A stretch of DNA of 64,000 nt, taken from the human T2T-CHM13v2.0 reference genome, Homo sapiens. The notes beneath the pieces were generated by a model. It did not search any database. It was not told where the DNA came from and saw nothing but the letters and a program-made list of their open reading frames with translations. The translations under genes and the position numbers were made by a program. The stretch is taken from the NCBI RefSeq assembly GCF_009914755.1, contig NC_060937.1, one strand, 5' to 3'. Every line of letters starts with the position of its first letter. The first letter of the stretch is position 1. Below are positions 14,235 to 27,970 of this stretch, piece by piece.

Positions 14235-14440
14235 CAACAATGCTAATATTTACTGAACATTTATAATATTGCAAGCATTATTCTAATTTCTTTAAATACA
14301 TTAGCCCATTTAATCATTCATGAGTTAGTTATTACTAACTGCATTTTATGTATAAGAAAACCAAGTTACAGAATATTAAATAGCTTGCTCATAGTTGCAA
14401 AATTTCACATGGTAGAGTGGAAATTAACGTCTATCAGTAT
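14235..14440 (-). mobile_element. MIR
   Basis: GCTAATATTTACTGAACATT tail plus degenerate core. Confidence 0.65.
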
Positions 14441-15689
14441 ACTGGGAAGTGCTTAATTTTGCTCTACCAACTTATTGCAGATAAGCATTAAACTCTTCTT
14501 GTTTGTGTTAACTGATCCCTTCACGCTCTTTTTCTAACTAGGCAATCACTCTGTACTTCCATACATGCCTTATTGATTTCTGTTTTTGTGATTTCACATA
14601 GGCAATTGGCATATGGGCAATTCTTCCTTCATCCTGTAGAATCTTTCAGAACTCTGCTTGAAATTCTCACTTAAATTCTACTTCTAAATTTTCCCTAGTA
14701 TTTCAGTCACATGGAATATATTACTTTTATGTGATTGAGTTGCCCCCATTTATATTTTTTTAATTTAATCTTTCATAAGATTTCTTACTGGTAAGAAAAT
14801 CACATCAGTTTGTAAATTTTGTATTTCCCTAAGGCCCACACAGGTCAGAGTCCTGAATACAGCTGTGTTTAATAAATCCTATTTACTGATCTATTAGCAG
14901 CTCATGATTCAAAAAATATTTCCTAAGTCCTTCTTTACTGGAAACCTCAATGGTTGCTGGAAATAATGAGAAGATATTGGAAAGAATCACAGAGCTATAT
15001 TGTACTTGTCTGTCTTCCTCATGGAGCATGACCAGAATACAAATCCTGAAGAATGCAGGAGACCTCTGTAACTGGAGCTTGTGATAAGGGGAGGAAGGGC
15101 TTGCAGAAGAAAAGGAATTCCCTCTAGTGGCTTGATGGAGCACCAGCAGTTTCCACCATATTCAGTAAATGCAGAGAAGAAAATCCAGAACTTGACAAAA
15201 TGACTGAATAAGGACAAAACTAACTGTTCATGAGGCAAAAAATGGTAAGAAGGGAGCTGATGCCTCTTATCTTTTGGAGAAAGTCAGTGGACTTCCTAGG
15301 TTCTTTCTTTCTTTTGTATACTCTGCCTTTCCTCTACCATTTTTTCTCTCATTTCCTTAAGGTCTACTTTCTATCTCTTAGTATTTATTAACTTTGCACT
15401 CCCTTGTCTGCAAACAATAGCAACAACAAAGAACTACCTGCCTTCAGCAGGATAATTAAATTGCCTTCTTTCCTTTGGTCTCTAGGCTTCAGCTTTCTGT
15501 CCCTCTGTAAGATCTTCACATCTAAATATCTCCTAATTGAGGGTTGGCCATTTGCCTCCCTCTCTACCTGTCACGGCTTCCATTTTTCCTTTATTCTTCA
15601 CTCACCTTCTATCATATTGAATTTCAGTCACTATTTATATTTTTATATTAAGTATTTTTTCCTCCATGCTATATAAAAAGCATAACAAT

Positions 15690-17965
15690 ACAACAAACAA
15701 ACTTGGAGTTCTGACACTAACTTCAAGACTCAATACTTATAATAAAGGGACAATAATCAAGAGAGTGTAGTATTGGTGAAAGAATGTACAAATAGATCAA
15801 TGGAACAGAATAGAGAGGCCAGAAACAGACACACAAAAATATAGTCAATACATCTCTGACAAAATAAAGACAATACCATGCAGTAAAGATAGATGTCAAC
15901 AAATGGATCTGCAGCAGCTGTACGTCCACATGCAAAAAGCAACAACAACAACAAAGAAAAAACAAATAAAAAGAATCTAAGTCAAGACTTTACATGCTTC
16001 ACAAGAATTAACTCAAAATCGGCCATAAAATGCAAAAGATGAAACTCCCATTCCTCAAGGATCTAGAACTAGAAATACCATTTGGCCCAGCAATCCCATT
16101 ATAAAACCCCAAAGGATTATAAATCATTCTACTATAAAGACACATGCACATGTATGTTTATTGTGGCACTGTTCACAATAGCAAAGACTTGAAACCAACC
16201 CAAATGCCCATCAGTGATAGACTGGATTTAGAAAATATGGCACATATACACCATGGAATACTATGCAGTCATAAAAAAGGATGAGTTCATGTCTTTTGCA
16301 GAGACATGGATGACTCTGGAAACCATCGTTCTCAGCGAAGTAACACAAGGACAGAAAACCAAACACCGAATGTTCTCACTCAAAAGTAGGAGTTGAACAA
16401 TGAGAACCCATGGACACAGGGAGGGGAACATCACACACCAGGGCCTGTCCAGGGGTGGGAGGGTAGGAGAGGGATAGCATTAGGAGAAACACCTAATATA
16501 GGTAACGGGTTGATGGGTGCAGCAAACCACCATGGCACGTGTATATCTATGTAACAAACCTGCTTGTTCTGCACAGGTACCCCAGAACTTAAAGTATAAT
16601 TTTAAAAAATAAATGAAAAAAAATCACATGTACGACATATATACACACAACCAATATGTACCCATAATAATACATTTTAAAAATTAAATTAAAAATAAAA
16701 CATAAGTGGGAATAAAAAAAATACTCCTAGAGGATAACATACTATTAAAACTAGATAACCTTTGGTGATGATTATTTAGACACAACATAAAGTAATTGGT
16801 GAAAGAAATAATTGATAAGTTGGACTTCATTAAAATTAAAATCTGCTCTGCAAAAGACAATTCCAGATGAATGAGACAATAAGCCACAGACCAGGATAAA
16901 TTATTTGCAAAGGACACATATGATAAAGGACTATAATCCAAAATATACAAAGAACTCTTAAACCTCAACAATAAGAGAACAAACAACCCAATTAAAAAAT
17001 AAGCCTAAGTCCTTAACAGACACCTTACAAAGAAGATATACAGATGGCAAATAAGCATATGAAAAGTTGCTCCACATCATACGTCATCAAGGAAATGCAA
17101 ACTAAAATGAGATAGAACCGCACACCTACTAAAATAGCCAAAATCCAGAATACTATCAACATCTAATGCCAAGGACGATGGAGAGCAGTGCATTCACTGC
17201 TGGTGGGAATACAAACTGATGCAGTGTGGCACTTTCTTACAAAACTAAACATCCTCCTTCCATACCATCCAGCAGTGATGCTTTTTGCCATCTACTTATA
17301 GCAGCTGAAAATTTATGCCCATGTAAAAGCCTGCACATGGATGTTTATAGCAGCTTTATGCATCATTGTCAAAAGCTGAAAGAAATCAAGATGTCCCTCA
17401 GCAGATGAATGGATGAGTAAATGGTGGTAAGTCAGGACAACGGAATAGTATTTAGTACTAAAAAGAAATGAACTATCAAATGTTGAAAAGACACGGAGGA
17501 GCCTTAAATACATATTATTAAGTGAAAAAAGACAATTCTTAAAAGGCTATATATGATTCCAACCATAAGACGTTCTAGAAAAGGCAAAACAACAGAGGTT
17601 CGCAAAAAGATCTGTGGCTGTCAGGAGCTGGGTGAAGGAAGGATGAATAGGTGGAACACACGGGATTTTCAGGGCAGTGAAAACTGCATGAGAGGAATGG
17701 TGGATATAGATAGGTGCCATTATACATTTGTCAAAACCTACAGAATATACGTCGAGTGAATCCTAATGTACTCTTAATTTTGAGTGATTATGATATGTCA
17801 ATTAGGTTCATCAATTGTAACAAATGAACCACTCCAGTAGGGATTTCAATAACGGGGAAAACTACTCATGTGTTTAGGCAGAGGGCATATGGGAAATCTC
17901 TGTATCTTCTGCTCAGTTGTGTTGTGAACCTAAAGCTGTTTTAAAAAATAAATCCTAGAAAAAAT
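15690..17965 (+). mobile_element. L1MC1-like ORF2 end and 3'UTR, split by a younger L1PA
   Basis: ATAGATCAATGGAACAGAATAGAG and CAGATGGCAAATAAGCATATGAAAAG. 3'UTR ends GTTGTGAACCTAAAGCTGTTTTAAAAAATAAA. Confidence 0.88.
16049..16623 (+). mobile_element. 5'-truncated L1PA (about PA7-PA8) 3' end
   Basis: ATTCCTCAAGGATCTAGAACTAGAAATACC...CCCAGAACTTAAAGTATAAT followed by an A-rich tail. Confidence 0.92.
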
Positions 17966-17984
17966 ATAATTAAAACTAACCCAA

Positions 17985-18260
17985 AGAACACTTACTATGC
18001 ACCAGGCTTTCTATTCTATTACACACACACACACACGCAATTATTCAATATATGAGCATTTAATATTAAAATGATATATAAATTGATTTACTATTTACTC
18101 AACTAATCTTCAGCACAAACTATATAGTAGTCTTTTTTATAATCATCATTTTAAAATAGAAGAAACCAAGAATACAAAGTTAAGTAACTTGCCCATGACA
18201 CAAATCTACTAAAGGGAGAGCTGGGTTTCGAACCTGGCACCTGCGTCAGGAAGTCAGGCT
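17985..18260 (-). mobile_element. MIR with internal (CA)n
   Basis: AAGTTAAGTAACTTGCCCATGACACA...GAGCTGGGTTTCGAACC. Confidence 0.75.
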
Positions 18261-19519
18261 GCCATCCTGAGTCTGTTAGTCTGGGTTGGATGCCTGTAGT
18301 GAATAATCTTACAGGAGCATATACATGCTCTTTGCAGTTTTCTTTAAATGTGTATTTCTTCCAATAATAACATGCTCAGCGCTTGTTTTCTCTGCTGGGC
18401 TGGAGGCTCCCTGAGGGCAGGGAAAGCATCTGCTTACTTTCCCCTGTGTCCTACCCCTGGCGCAGAGTGGGTGTCAATCAGTGCTTGTTCTCAGACTCCT
18501 AGGAGAGCAAGCCAATTAGAGAAACTCACAGCAAGAAAAATGCCAACTGCTGGAAGTGTTGACAGCAAATGATTTTCTGCTTTGTTGAAAGCAGAATAGA
18601 AAACTGTCACATGTGACTCAATATAAAGTGGTATTTTCTTGAAGTTATACCTCAGAAAGGGTATCACCTTGTATTTAAGACCACACAAAGTATCTCACAT
18701 TACAGGGCACTTTTGAAATGATTTAATTTCCAACCACAAAGTACTGTTTGGGGGAAGATATGTAACCTGAAACAACTTCAATTAATGATAGCTCGAATGC
18801 TTATAAAAGCCACCTGAAGTAATAGTAGAAAAAGAGACAAAGAAATTGAATACACGTTTATGAATTATTTAGAGGGAATGACCTCACAAGTTCAATTGTT
18901 GGATGTCATTACAAACAAGTATTTTATTATATGTTAAAAGTAATACAGTAAATAGTTTACCCACATCATGAAGCAGATGAACTTATATTCATAAAGCAAA
19001 TTAAACTAATAAAGTTCTTAAGGTGACATGAAGGGATACTTGTGGTTTGAGATTCAGTTTCCAGTAATGGCATCTTATACGGATCCCCAAATGTGCTACA
19101 TGACACACAGCTTGGATGGAAGTAGCTAATATTTAAAATGTGAGCATAGAGTTTGAATTAAATTTTTAAATTAAGATGTTATGAAAATATAATAGCTCTG
19201 TATTGATAGTTTATGATACCTATGTAAAATTTGGTTGTATATACAAATGTAATCAAATAATTCGATATATTATTAATTATATAAATATTAGATGCATTTA
19301 TAATGATAGAAGTTTACTACATATAATTATAATATATAATCTAATATGATTTGTTCTATAATTTACATATGAATAACAATGTATAAATTATAGATATAAA
19401 TACTAGGTGTGATTGAACACATATGCATAAGTGAGTATATGATTAAATCCATTCAATGTTTATATATTCATATCGACCTAATTTTTAAAATCTTTTTATT
19501 GGAAAATTAGGGACATGTT

Positions 19520-19730
19520 TTTGTATTCACGTTCACCTTATACGTGTAATTCCTGCTATCCCTCCTCCCTCACTTGACATCCATCCTTCTCAGCAGAGTC
19601 ATATACACTAACCTTAGTGACCCAGGGAGGTTGGCACCTTCGCCCAAGTACATTCTGTATACAGGTCCAGAGTTGTCCTCCCTGGTTGTGGGTGTCATGG
19701 TAACACGTAAGAAACCAACAAGCCTTGGAA
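19520..19730 (+). promoter_or_regulatory. Candidate promoter/enhancer with RFX X-box
   Basis: GGTGTCATGGTAAC at 19691-19704 overlapping CACGTAA. Local CpG retention in non-repeat DNA. Confidence 0.35.
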
Positions 19731-19838
19731 CAGTCGTCCGTGAGGCAGAAAGGACCAATGTGCTCTTTCCACTTTCTTCTCTCCGTCAATTTTTTTCCCT
19801 TTTCTTCATTCCGCCTGAACTTTGAAATAAATACCACC

Positions 19839-19851
19839 ATGGATTGTAAAG
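19839..19851 (+). CDS. Candidate micro first coding exon segment (MDCK + phase 1)
   Basis: ACCACCATGG Kozak context, then ATG GAT TGT AAA G|GTATGC donor. No downstream partner exon identified in the window. Confidence 0.3.
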
Positions 19852-21619
19852 GTATGCAGATTATATTTATCAAATACATTTATTTATATCTAAACAAACA
19901 ACAATTATTTTAGGGGCAGTAACAATTTGTGTAAATTATATTAGTGTCAAATTAACTTGTTACAAATTTTGTGGAATCATATCACTAATACCTGTCCATG
20001 AACCCTCAGTTAGTTCAGTTTTCAGGCCCCGTGATGATAAATTCATAAATGGGAAAAAAAAAAAACATCCAAAACATCAAAGAGAACACAGCCTCTGACC
20101 GTCCCAGGAATTTGTATCTACAAAGATGAATATACAACTAATTTTAAACCTACCATTTTTTTAGTTAGGGGACATATTACTATTTTTTAACTGTATCTAG
20201 TGACATACTTCTTGTGGTGTACTCTGTTATGCTTGTAACAAACAAAACCCTCTAAAACATCTGTTTTGTAGATGTATTCCAGAGGTTCTACGTATAATTG
20301 CCAAAACCACAAATATGTCAAATTCCTATGGGAACGTTTCCTGTATAACACTTTTTCCTTTCTTCTTAATCTTCATGTTTACCTTTGAAAATAAAGATGT
20401 TTTAAAGTGTTTATTAAATTCATATGTATTTTAAATAAAAATCTCAATTTCAGAGATTTTATATCCAAGCAATTGTTTTAAATAAAATATTGTTTTTTAG
20501 TCATTCATATCATACTCAAGAATAGTATCCTTACTTAATTCTGAGATAGCTGTTTTCAGATTCTAAGGATCATTTAAGGGTAGAACTGAAGAGAGAATGT
20601 CCGTGTGTTCTACATTCCTCCCCTGCTGGGCACCATGCAAAATTCATCTCTAGCAAAAAATGTTACCCTTCAGTGTGTTGTAAATTGTGTCTGTCTCTCT
20701 TGAAACCTTTGTAAGAGAGCAGCATGTAATATGTGGCTGTATGTTTTAGATCCAAATGTCAGCCTCAGTTTTCTGAGTGTGGGAGTCAAAGAGAGTGGAC
20801 ACAGATAATCTGTTATACATTCACAGAGACTTCTAATTCTTGCCAGGTGAGAAATTCACTGTGCTCACTACAAAATTTAGGGAGATACAAGCCCCTTTCT
20901 GTGTTTTAATAACTATTTAAAATTCCTTGTGATATTAACATGTTTTCCTACTCACCATTTTCCAGTTCTCACTTAACTTCTGGGAATTTGATTTACCTGC
21001 ACTTACAGGAGATGCCAGTCTCTGAAAAGACAGCACAGCCAACAAGACGAGAGCTGGATTCAGAGCCAGGTTGCCCGGGTTTGACTCTGTTCTCTCCTAT
21101 TTTCAGATATGGTCTTGGATAAGTTTAATGTGTCTCTGTCTCAGCTTCTGCAGTTGTAAGATGAATATTATAGTTTTTACCCCAAGAGAGTTATTTAGAA
21201 AATTTAATAAGTTAATACATGATTGCTTAGAACAATCGCTGACATGTAATGAAAGCTATATGAGTTTGCTTAAACACGATCATAGAAACGGTAAGGTGAA
21301 AAGAACCTGTTTGCCTCTGTTTTTAGAGGTACCACTGTGCAGCAGCGAATATCATTCATTCTCCTGTGGCCCACTGTGAAATGCCTGCTACATGCCAGCA
21401 TTTTCGTTATTTCCTGCATCAAATGCTTATTGAGCACACTGTGCATTGGGCCCCATTTTAAGTGGCAATGACCAATTCTGAAAATGTCAGGATATTTAAG
21501 CTTCAGGAGCTGGCAGCACAAAGGGGAGAATCTCACATATACAGAAAGACAAAGGCTCGTAAGCACCTTCGGTAAGCATCTTTGCAAGGTAAAGAGGAGT
21601 GGGAAATTTTAAATTAAGG

Positions 21620-21965
21620 CCACTGTGGTGTGACCACAGTTAGTACTCTGGAGCCAGTACAATTTAGTTTAAATGCTAGATCTGCTGATTATCAAACTTC
21701 TGAACAAAAATAAGTGATCTTACCATTTAAGCTTCCATTTCCTCTCCGCAAAATGTGGAGATCACATTTCTCTCTGTAAAATGTGGAGATCACATCGTAA
21801 CAGTGATGTTGTGAATAATTTTTTATGACAGTAGCTAATATTGATAGAACATTATAATTCAGGTAATAAGCTGCCGACTTTCTGTGGATCCTGAAGAATT
21901 GTACATAAAGTTGTTTGACTAATGCCTTACATATTAGTAGACATTTTAAAAACAGCTGTTAATAT
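21620..21965 (+). mobile_element. MIR with a small internal tandem duplication
   Basis: ACTCTGGAGCCAG head. AAAATGTGGAGATCACAT occurs twice, 28 bp apart. Confidence 0.7.
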
Positions 21966-22711
21966 TTGTTTTATTTCCTTTAACATAATAAAAATCTGCA
22001 TGTGAGTTGAAGGGATAACTGCCTTTCAGTAGTGGATTGTTCCACTGGGTAGATTTTGATTTCCTCTCTACTTTCTGAAGAGCCTGACTGAGTCTATTAT
22101 TGGATCAGAAAGCCTTCTGTCCAGGGCGGTTTATGAAAAAGGGGTTCTGGAGTGTTTGCTTGCTTCAGTGAATGGGAACAAATCATTAATTCTGAAAGGT
22201 CATTGTAACTTGCAAAGTATCTCACATAATCTGAACACCTAAAATGCAGTGAGGGGTGCATGGTGGATGGAACACAGCCATTTTTAGTCTCCTCAGACAA
22301 AATACAAGTGAGGACACTATGGTCTTTCTATACAAAGATAATGTATTTCCCAAACGAGTCAGGCTGTTCTTAACTCAGGCTCACTGGTTCTTGGTTAGAC
22401 GTAGAAAATACAGTTATACAATAATTTGGCATGATAGATTCATTTCATTGTAACGTTCAGAAGGCAAAAAAGAGACTGTTATGAGACAGGGTGAGAGCAA
22501 GTTGTGTTTAGTCAGCAAGGGACAGGATTTTTAATTATTTCTGAGACTGATGACAAGCTACCTGAAGATTTTAAGCATGAGAATGTCAGGATAGATTTTA
22601 TGTGGTTTTAAAAGTTTATTTGGCTGCCAGATGGAGATCACAGAGAAGGATTAAATGCTGAGTGGAAGGCCAGATAACAGGTATTTTAATAGTTCAGGCA
22701 AGATATGGAAG

Positions 22712-23429
<718 letters not shown>

Positions 23430-24039
23430 TCATGAGATAGCTGACCTATTTTTTAATCCAATATGGACCCTTTGGAGACCTTGGTAAGAGCAGTCTGAGG
23501 GAAGCGATGTGGTCAAGTTCAAGTCGGTTTTTACTGGTAGTGGGACTCAGCAAATGACTAGAGACAGGAATGTCAAGATGTTTCATTGAGGAAAGGCATA
23601 CCAAATTGGATGGGGAATCGGAAATGAATGTGACGTAAAGGGATATTGTTATATTATTTAATTTTTAAAATATTGTTGATATTAGGTCATGTTTATGTAA
23701 TGATGAGGATAATCTGATGGGGGGAGAAATTGGAGATGCAGAAGAGAAATTTCACAATTGCAGAAGAAAGTTTCATGGAAATTTGGCAATACGGGATGGG
23801 ATCCATCAAATTAAAGGAACAATTTGGCACTGGTAGAAGGGAACTTTCATCTTTAACGATAGGTGCAAGACTAAAAATTATGATTTCAGAAGCAGAGAGG
23901 TTGGCAGTTATGGCGGTGAGATGATGAGCATATTTTCATCAGATGCTTTAGGGCACTCCTTTTTACGTCTATGACTGTGGAGAAAAGCACAGTTGTCCTG
24001 TGCATAAGCCTGGCGGGCATCTCTAGGTTGTCCCTGTGA

Positions 24040-24050
24040 TGCTGAGTCAC
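24040..24050 (-). promoter_or_regulatory. NRF2/NF-E2-MAF antioxidant response element motif
   Basis: TGCTGAGTCAC, which reads GTGACTCAGCA on the minus strand. Motif match only. Confidence 0.4.
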
Positions 24051-25458
24051 GGGCCTCCCTCCCCAGCTGGCTCTGTGTCTTGCCCAAGCTCAGTGCCTTG
24101 GTAACCCAGTGTCCAGATGCTGAGAAACTGGTGTTTGCCAACACTTTCCTAAACAGAAAGCTTGAGATCAATGTATTTATTCCTCACTTACTGTGCCCTC
24201 ATGCTCGTCTCATAAAACAAGACAGCAATAAGGTCGCAAAGTTTCTCTCCCAAAGGCCATACTCATGGTTCCTCTAGACCTCTTCATAGAATACCAGAAC
24301 ATAGAAGCTGTACACCTGCTGCAACTGCCCATATGCTTCTGTGCCAGATGCAGCTTGCTGGAAGTTCATGCATGCAAACTTGTATGGATGCTATTGACCT
24401 GGCACGTGGCAGGGGCCTTAAACTGAGTCATCTCAAGGGCTGATGTCATCTCCTGGGGTACAGGGTAAGTTATAAGAATGGACAAGAACTAGGTGGCCAT
24501 GTTGTCTCTCTGTAGGTCACTGCTGCTCTTGAATTTTTGGGAGCTGTCATCTCTCTTGAGGGTGACAGTAATTCACTGTGAATACCAGATGGCATGAGAA
24601 TACAGGTGTCACTTACTTCCCAGGTGTACACCGGGTCCATAGGGCATCAATGCCTGAGATAAGGCAGGTTACATGAAGGCAGCTGATGGAGTGGCTATTT
24701 TATACACCAAGGGCCACGCACTTCTGAGTGGCCAGATCATTCAGAAACCCTAAATTACAAGGGACACCTGGAGTGATTCTGCCACCAATTCTGTAACTTG
24801 GCTCCCCTTCAAAGTTGGAAGTTCTTCCTAGCACTAATGATAAGAAAGAATGGTTAAAAACTGTCCACTCCAAATCACTCCATGCCCCTTGAAATCCTAG
24901 AGAAGAAATACTGAGCTACCTCTCCTGGGAGTACCCAAGGGGAAAAGAAATCTTGGGATAGAGTAGATACATCCATGTAGTTGAGTGAAATCAAGAGCTT
25001 GGTGACAGGGAGTTAAGTTAAGACTCGTAATGCAGATATCCTTCTCTGAATTCAGGACTCAGGAGCAATCTACTTTATACTTGAGCTGGTTTTTGGTGAT
25101 TTTAGAGCGTGTCCCACATAGCTTTCTGAGAGGCTTCCTGACAGCCTCACTGAGACATAAATGTAAATCAGAATCCTTTTACCAAAGCCACTCTGAAACA
25201 GCATGTCATAGTATTATGGTTACAGAAAAATTACAGGTTATATAAATAATGTCAGGAAATGGAACTCTATAACCAGGACTCTGTGTCTCTGTCTCTGCCC
25301 AAAGGGAATATTAGAGATAAGATAATAGGAGAAGAAGAGATGAACAAGAAAAGGAAAGATAAATCATCACATAGACTTCTTTGTGCAGCAGATTATGGCA
25401 GTGTCTCTGACCCAGATGTGTGGTGCGCCCAAATATTCTTCAGTCAGAATATGACTTT

Positions 25459-25818
25459 TGATCTGGCTTGGCTTTTTGTCCCAATCCAAATCTCCTGTCA
25501 AATTATAATCCCTGCATGTCAAGGGAGGGAACTGGTGGGAGGTGATTGGATCATGGGGGCTGTTTCCCCCATGCTGTTCTCATGATAGTGAGTCCTCATA
25601 AAATCTGATGGTTTAAAAGTGTGACACTTCCCCCATCCGTCTCTCTCCCCTGCCACCATGTAAGATGTGCCTTGCTTTCCCTTCACCTTTTGTCATGATT
25701 GTAAGTTTCCTGAGGCATACCCAGCCATGCACAACTGCAAGTCAATTAAACCTCTTCTCTTTATAAATTACCCATTCTCAGGTAGTTCTTTACAGCAATG
25801 TGCAAATGGACTAATACA
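25459..25818 (+). mobile_element. MSTA solo LTR
   Basis: TGATCTGGCTTGG...GGTGGGAGGTGATTGGATCATGGGGGC...ATGGACTAATACA. Confidence 0.92.
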
Positions 25819-27860
25819 ACTGCCACAATTGGCCAAGAGATGAGGCTCCCTTGGGTCTCCAGCATTGTGTCCATGAGTTCCCACACTCAATGGTACCTGC
25901 TGTTCACCCTGAGCACTGAGCACTACAGATGGACTAAAAACATGAATTACTCCCTCAGAGTACATATCAAATAGATTCTGTTTGTATGCTTTCATTGTAA
26001 CCTGTCATCCATCAATACTTTTATATCTTAGTCTCATTAATCGTATCAAAAACATATAGTAAGAATACTTCTCTACAAAGATACATGACTAAAATCATCA
26101 CAGTGTTTTGGAAAACAACTAAACCAGCAGTTGGACATCCAGGAATCTAGTTCCTACATGCCTGCACCTAACTGTTGAGACTTGCGCCAGCCCTCACAAC
26201 TTGGTTTCCCTTACCAGAGTGAGCAGCACCAGGGCCCCCTCTACAGTGAGATCATGCACATGACTGACCCACCACCATCATCAGCGTCAGCTTTCCTCCA
26301 CAGGGGCACTTATAAGTGTCATGATTTTAATTAATTTTGTGTTAATGTAGTCATGCTTTCCTAACAGATTGCATTAGTTTATATTGTTTTTCATCACCAA
26401 AGTGTTCAGGATCCTTGTCTTTGTAAATACATTGCAAACATGTGACATCATATTGCTAAATTTCTTCCTGCAAGTTGGTAAAACAATTGTTTCTATTTTT
26501 AGTCCAGTAGGAAATATAGATTACATGCTGGTCTAACTTTAAAAAAAGTTTTATGAAAGAGAGAAAAAAGAGAATTTGTGGAATATAGGCTCATTTCACC
26601 GGTTTTAGGTAACTAAGCAAATAAATATGTTTCTATGTCAACACTAAAATACAGTAATGACAATGAACACCTAAAAATAAATGAATGTGCAGCGTATTTT
26701 TAAAGTCTGTATAATTTCAGTTATGATATAATACATGTCTAACATGTATGTGTTTAATACATATTAATTTTATTTATATATATTTTTAATGATGCAACAT
26801 TTTTCTATTTTTTCTTTATAGTACCAATATATTGTTGGTGACATAATTTATAAAAATGTGGTAAAGTCAAATAATATTTAAGCTAGTAGAAAAAAATATG
26901 TTTTATTTGAAATAATATTTGGCCACTGTGACTAAAATTTTCTGGGATTACTTACGATCTGAACTCTCTTGGGCATTATTTTCTATATCAACAGTATGAA
27001 ATAATTGTATTGATTCCCACAATATTTTTATCCTAGTTTAATGTAATTATGTCCATAAATCTCTCATCCCTCTCCTCAGTGTTTCTGTCTCTGTCTCTCT
27101 TTCTCCCTCCCTCAACACACATTCAGCCATATTTGTATGATTCATATTCATATAAATGCTAATTATTTCAAATGAAAACTAAAGAAAAAGGGTTCAGATT
27201 TTTAAAATTTATACTAATTAGCAGATAAGAGAAACACAAAAATATATTTTTATTAGCAGACTTTGAATCAATAAAAATATGTTATAATATTATGCCCTTA
27301 TAAAAAATTAAAATGATTAATTTACATAGCTGCTAGCCTTGTTTATTGTCTATAATACTGGTCTTAATTTGGAAATCAAAGAAAAATATTAAAGCAAAGG
27401 AAAACAAAACAACTGTACTTATATGTCAAAAGTTTTTGAAATTTAAGCAATATAGTATTCAGTTGGAAACAAAATGAGCAATTATAAGAAATGTCATGTC
27501 ATACTAGAATTTTTATAGATTAAAAGCAGTATTCAGGTTTGGTAAGTTCTAAATGTACAGACTATATGTTTAAGGTACTATGGACATGTGCTTTATATTC
27601 AGACAAGACTGAATACAATATGATATTATTTGGAGCACGATTTTGTACCAGTGATACAAAGAAATGTACATCTATAATACTGATAAAACATTTAGTTACA
27701 TTCATTATTTCACTGTGTTACAAATCAAATGCACTGAGAAAAATGTTTTACATCTTTTAATCAGTATGGGGATTAAAATAGTACATATTTCTCAAATATA
27801 TTAACTATTGGGGCACTGTATAATTTCAAAAATTATTTTTTATTTATTATAACATACATA

Positions 27861-27970
27861 TATAAATTTGTTATATATATATACACATTTGTTATATATA
27901 TATGCATTTGTTATATATATATATATATATATACACATTTGTTATTTATATATATATGTACACATTTGTT
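27861..27970 (+). repeat. Compound repeat: ATTTGTT interleaved with (TA)n, 5 units
   Basis: Directly visible. Confidence 0.9.

Noticed and set aside
19556-19879. Minus-strand 107-aa Cys/Trp-rich ORF with donor AAG|GTTAGT near 19612
   Set aside because: The acceptor is weak and I recognise no homology. The + strand Kozak/donor reading is better supported. Not fully excluded without a tBLASTn or PhyloCSF run.
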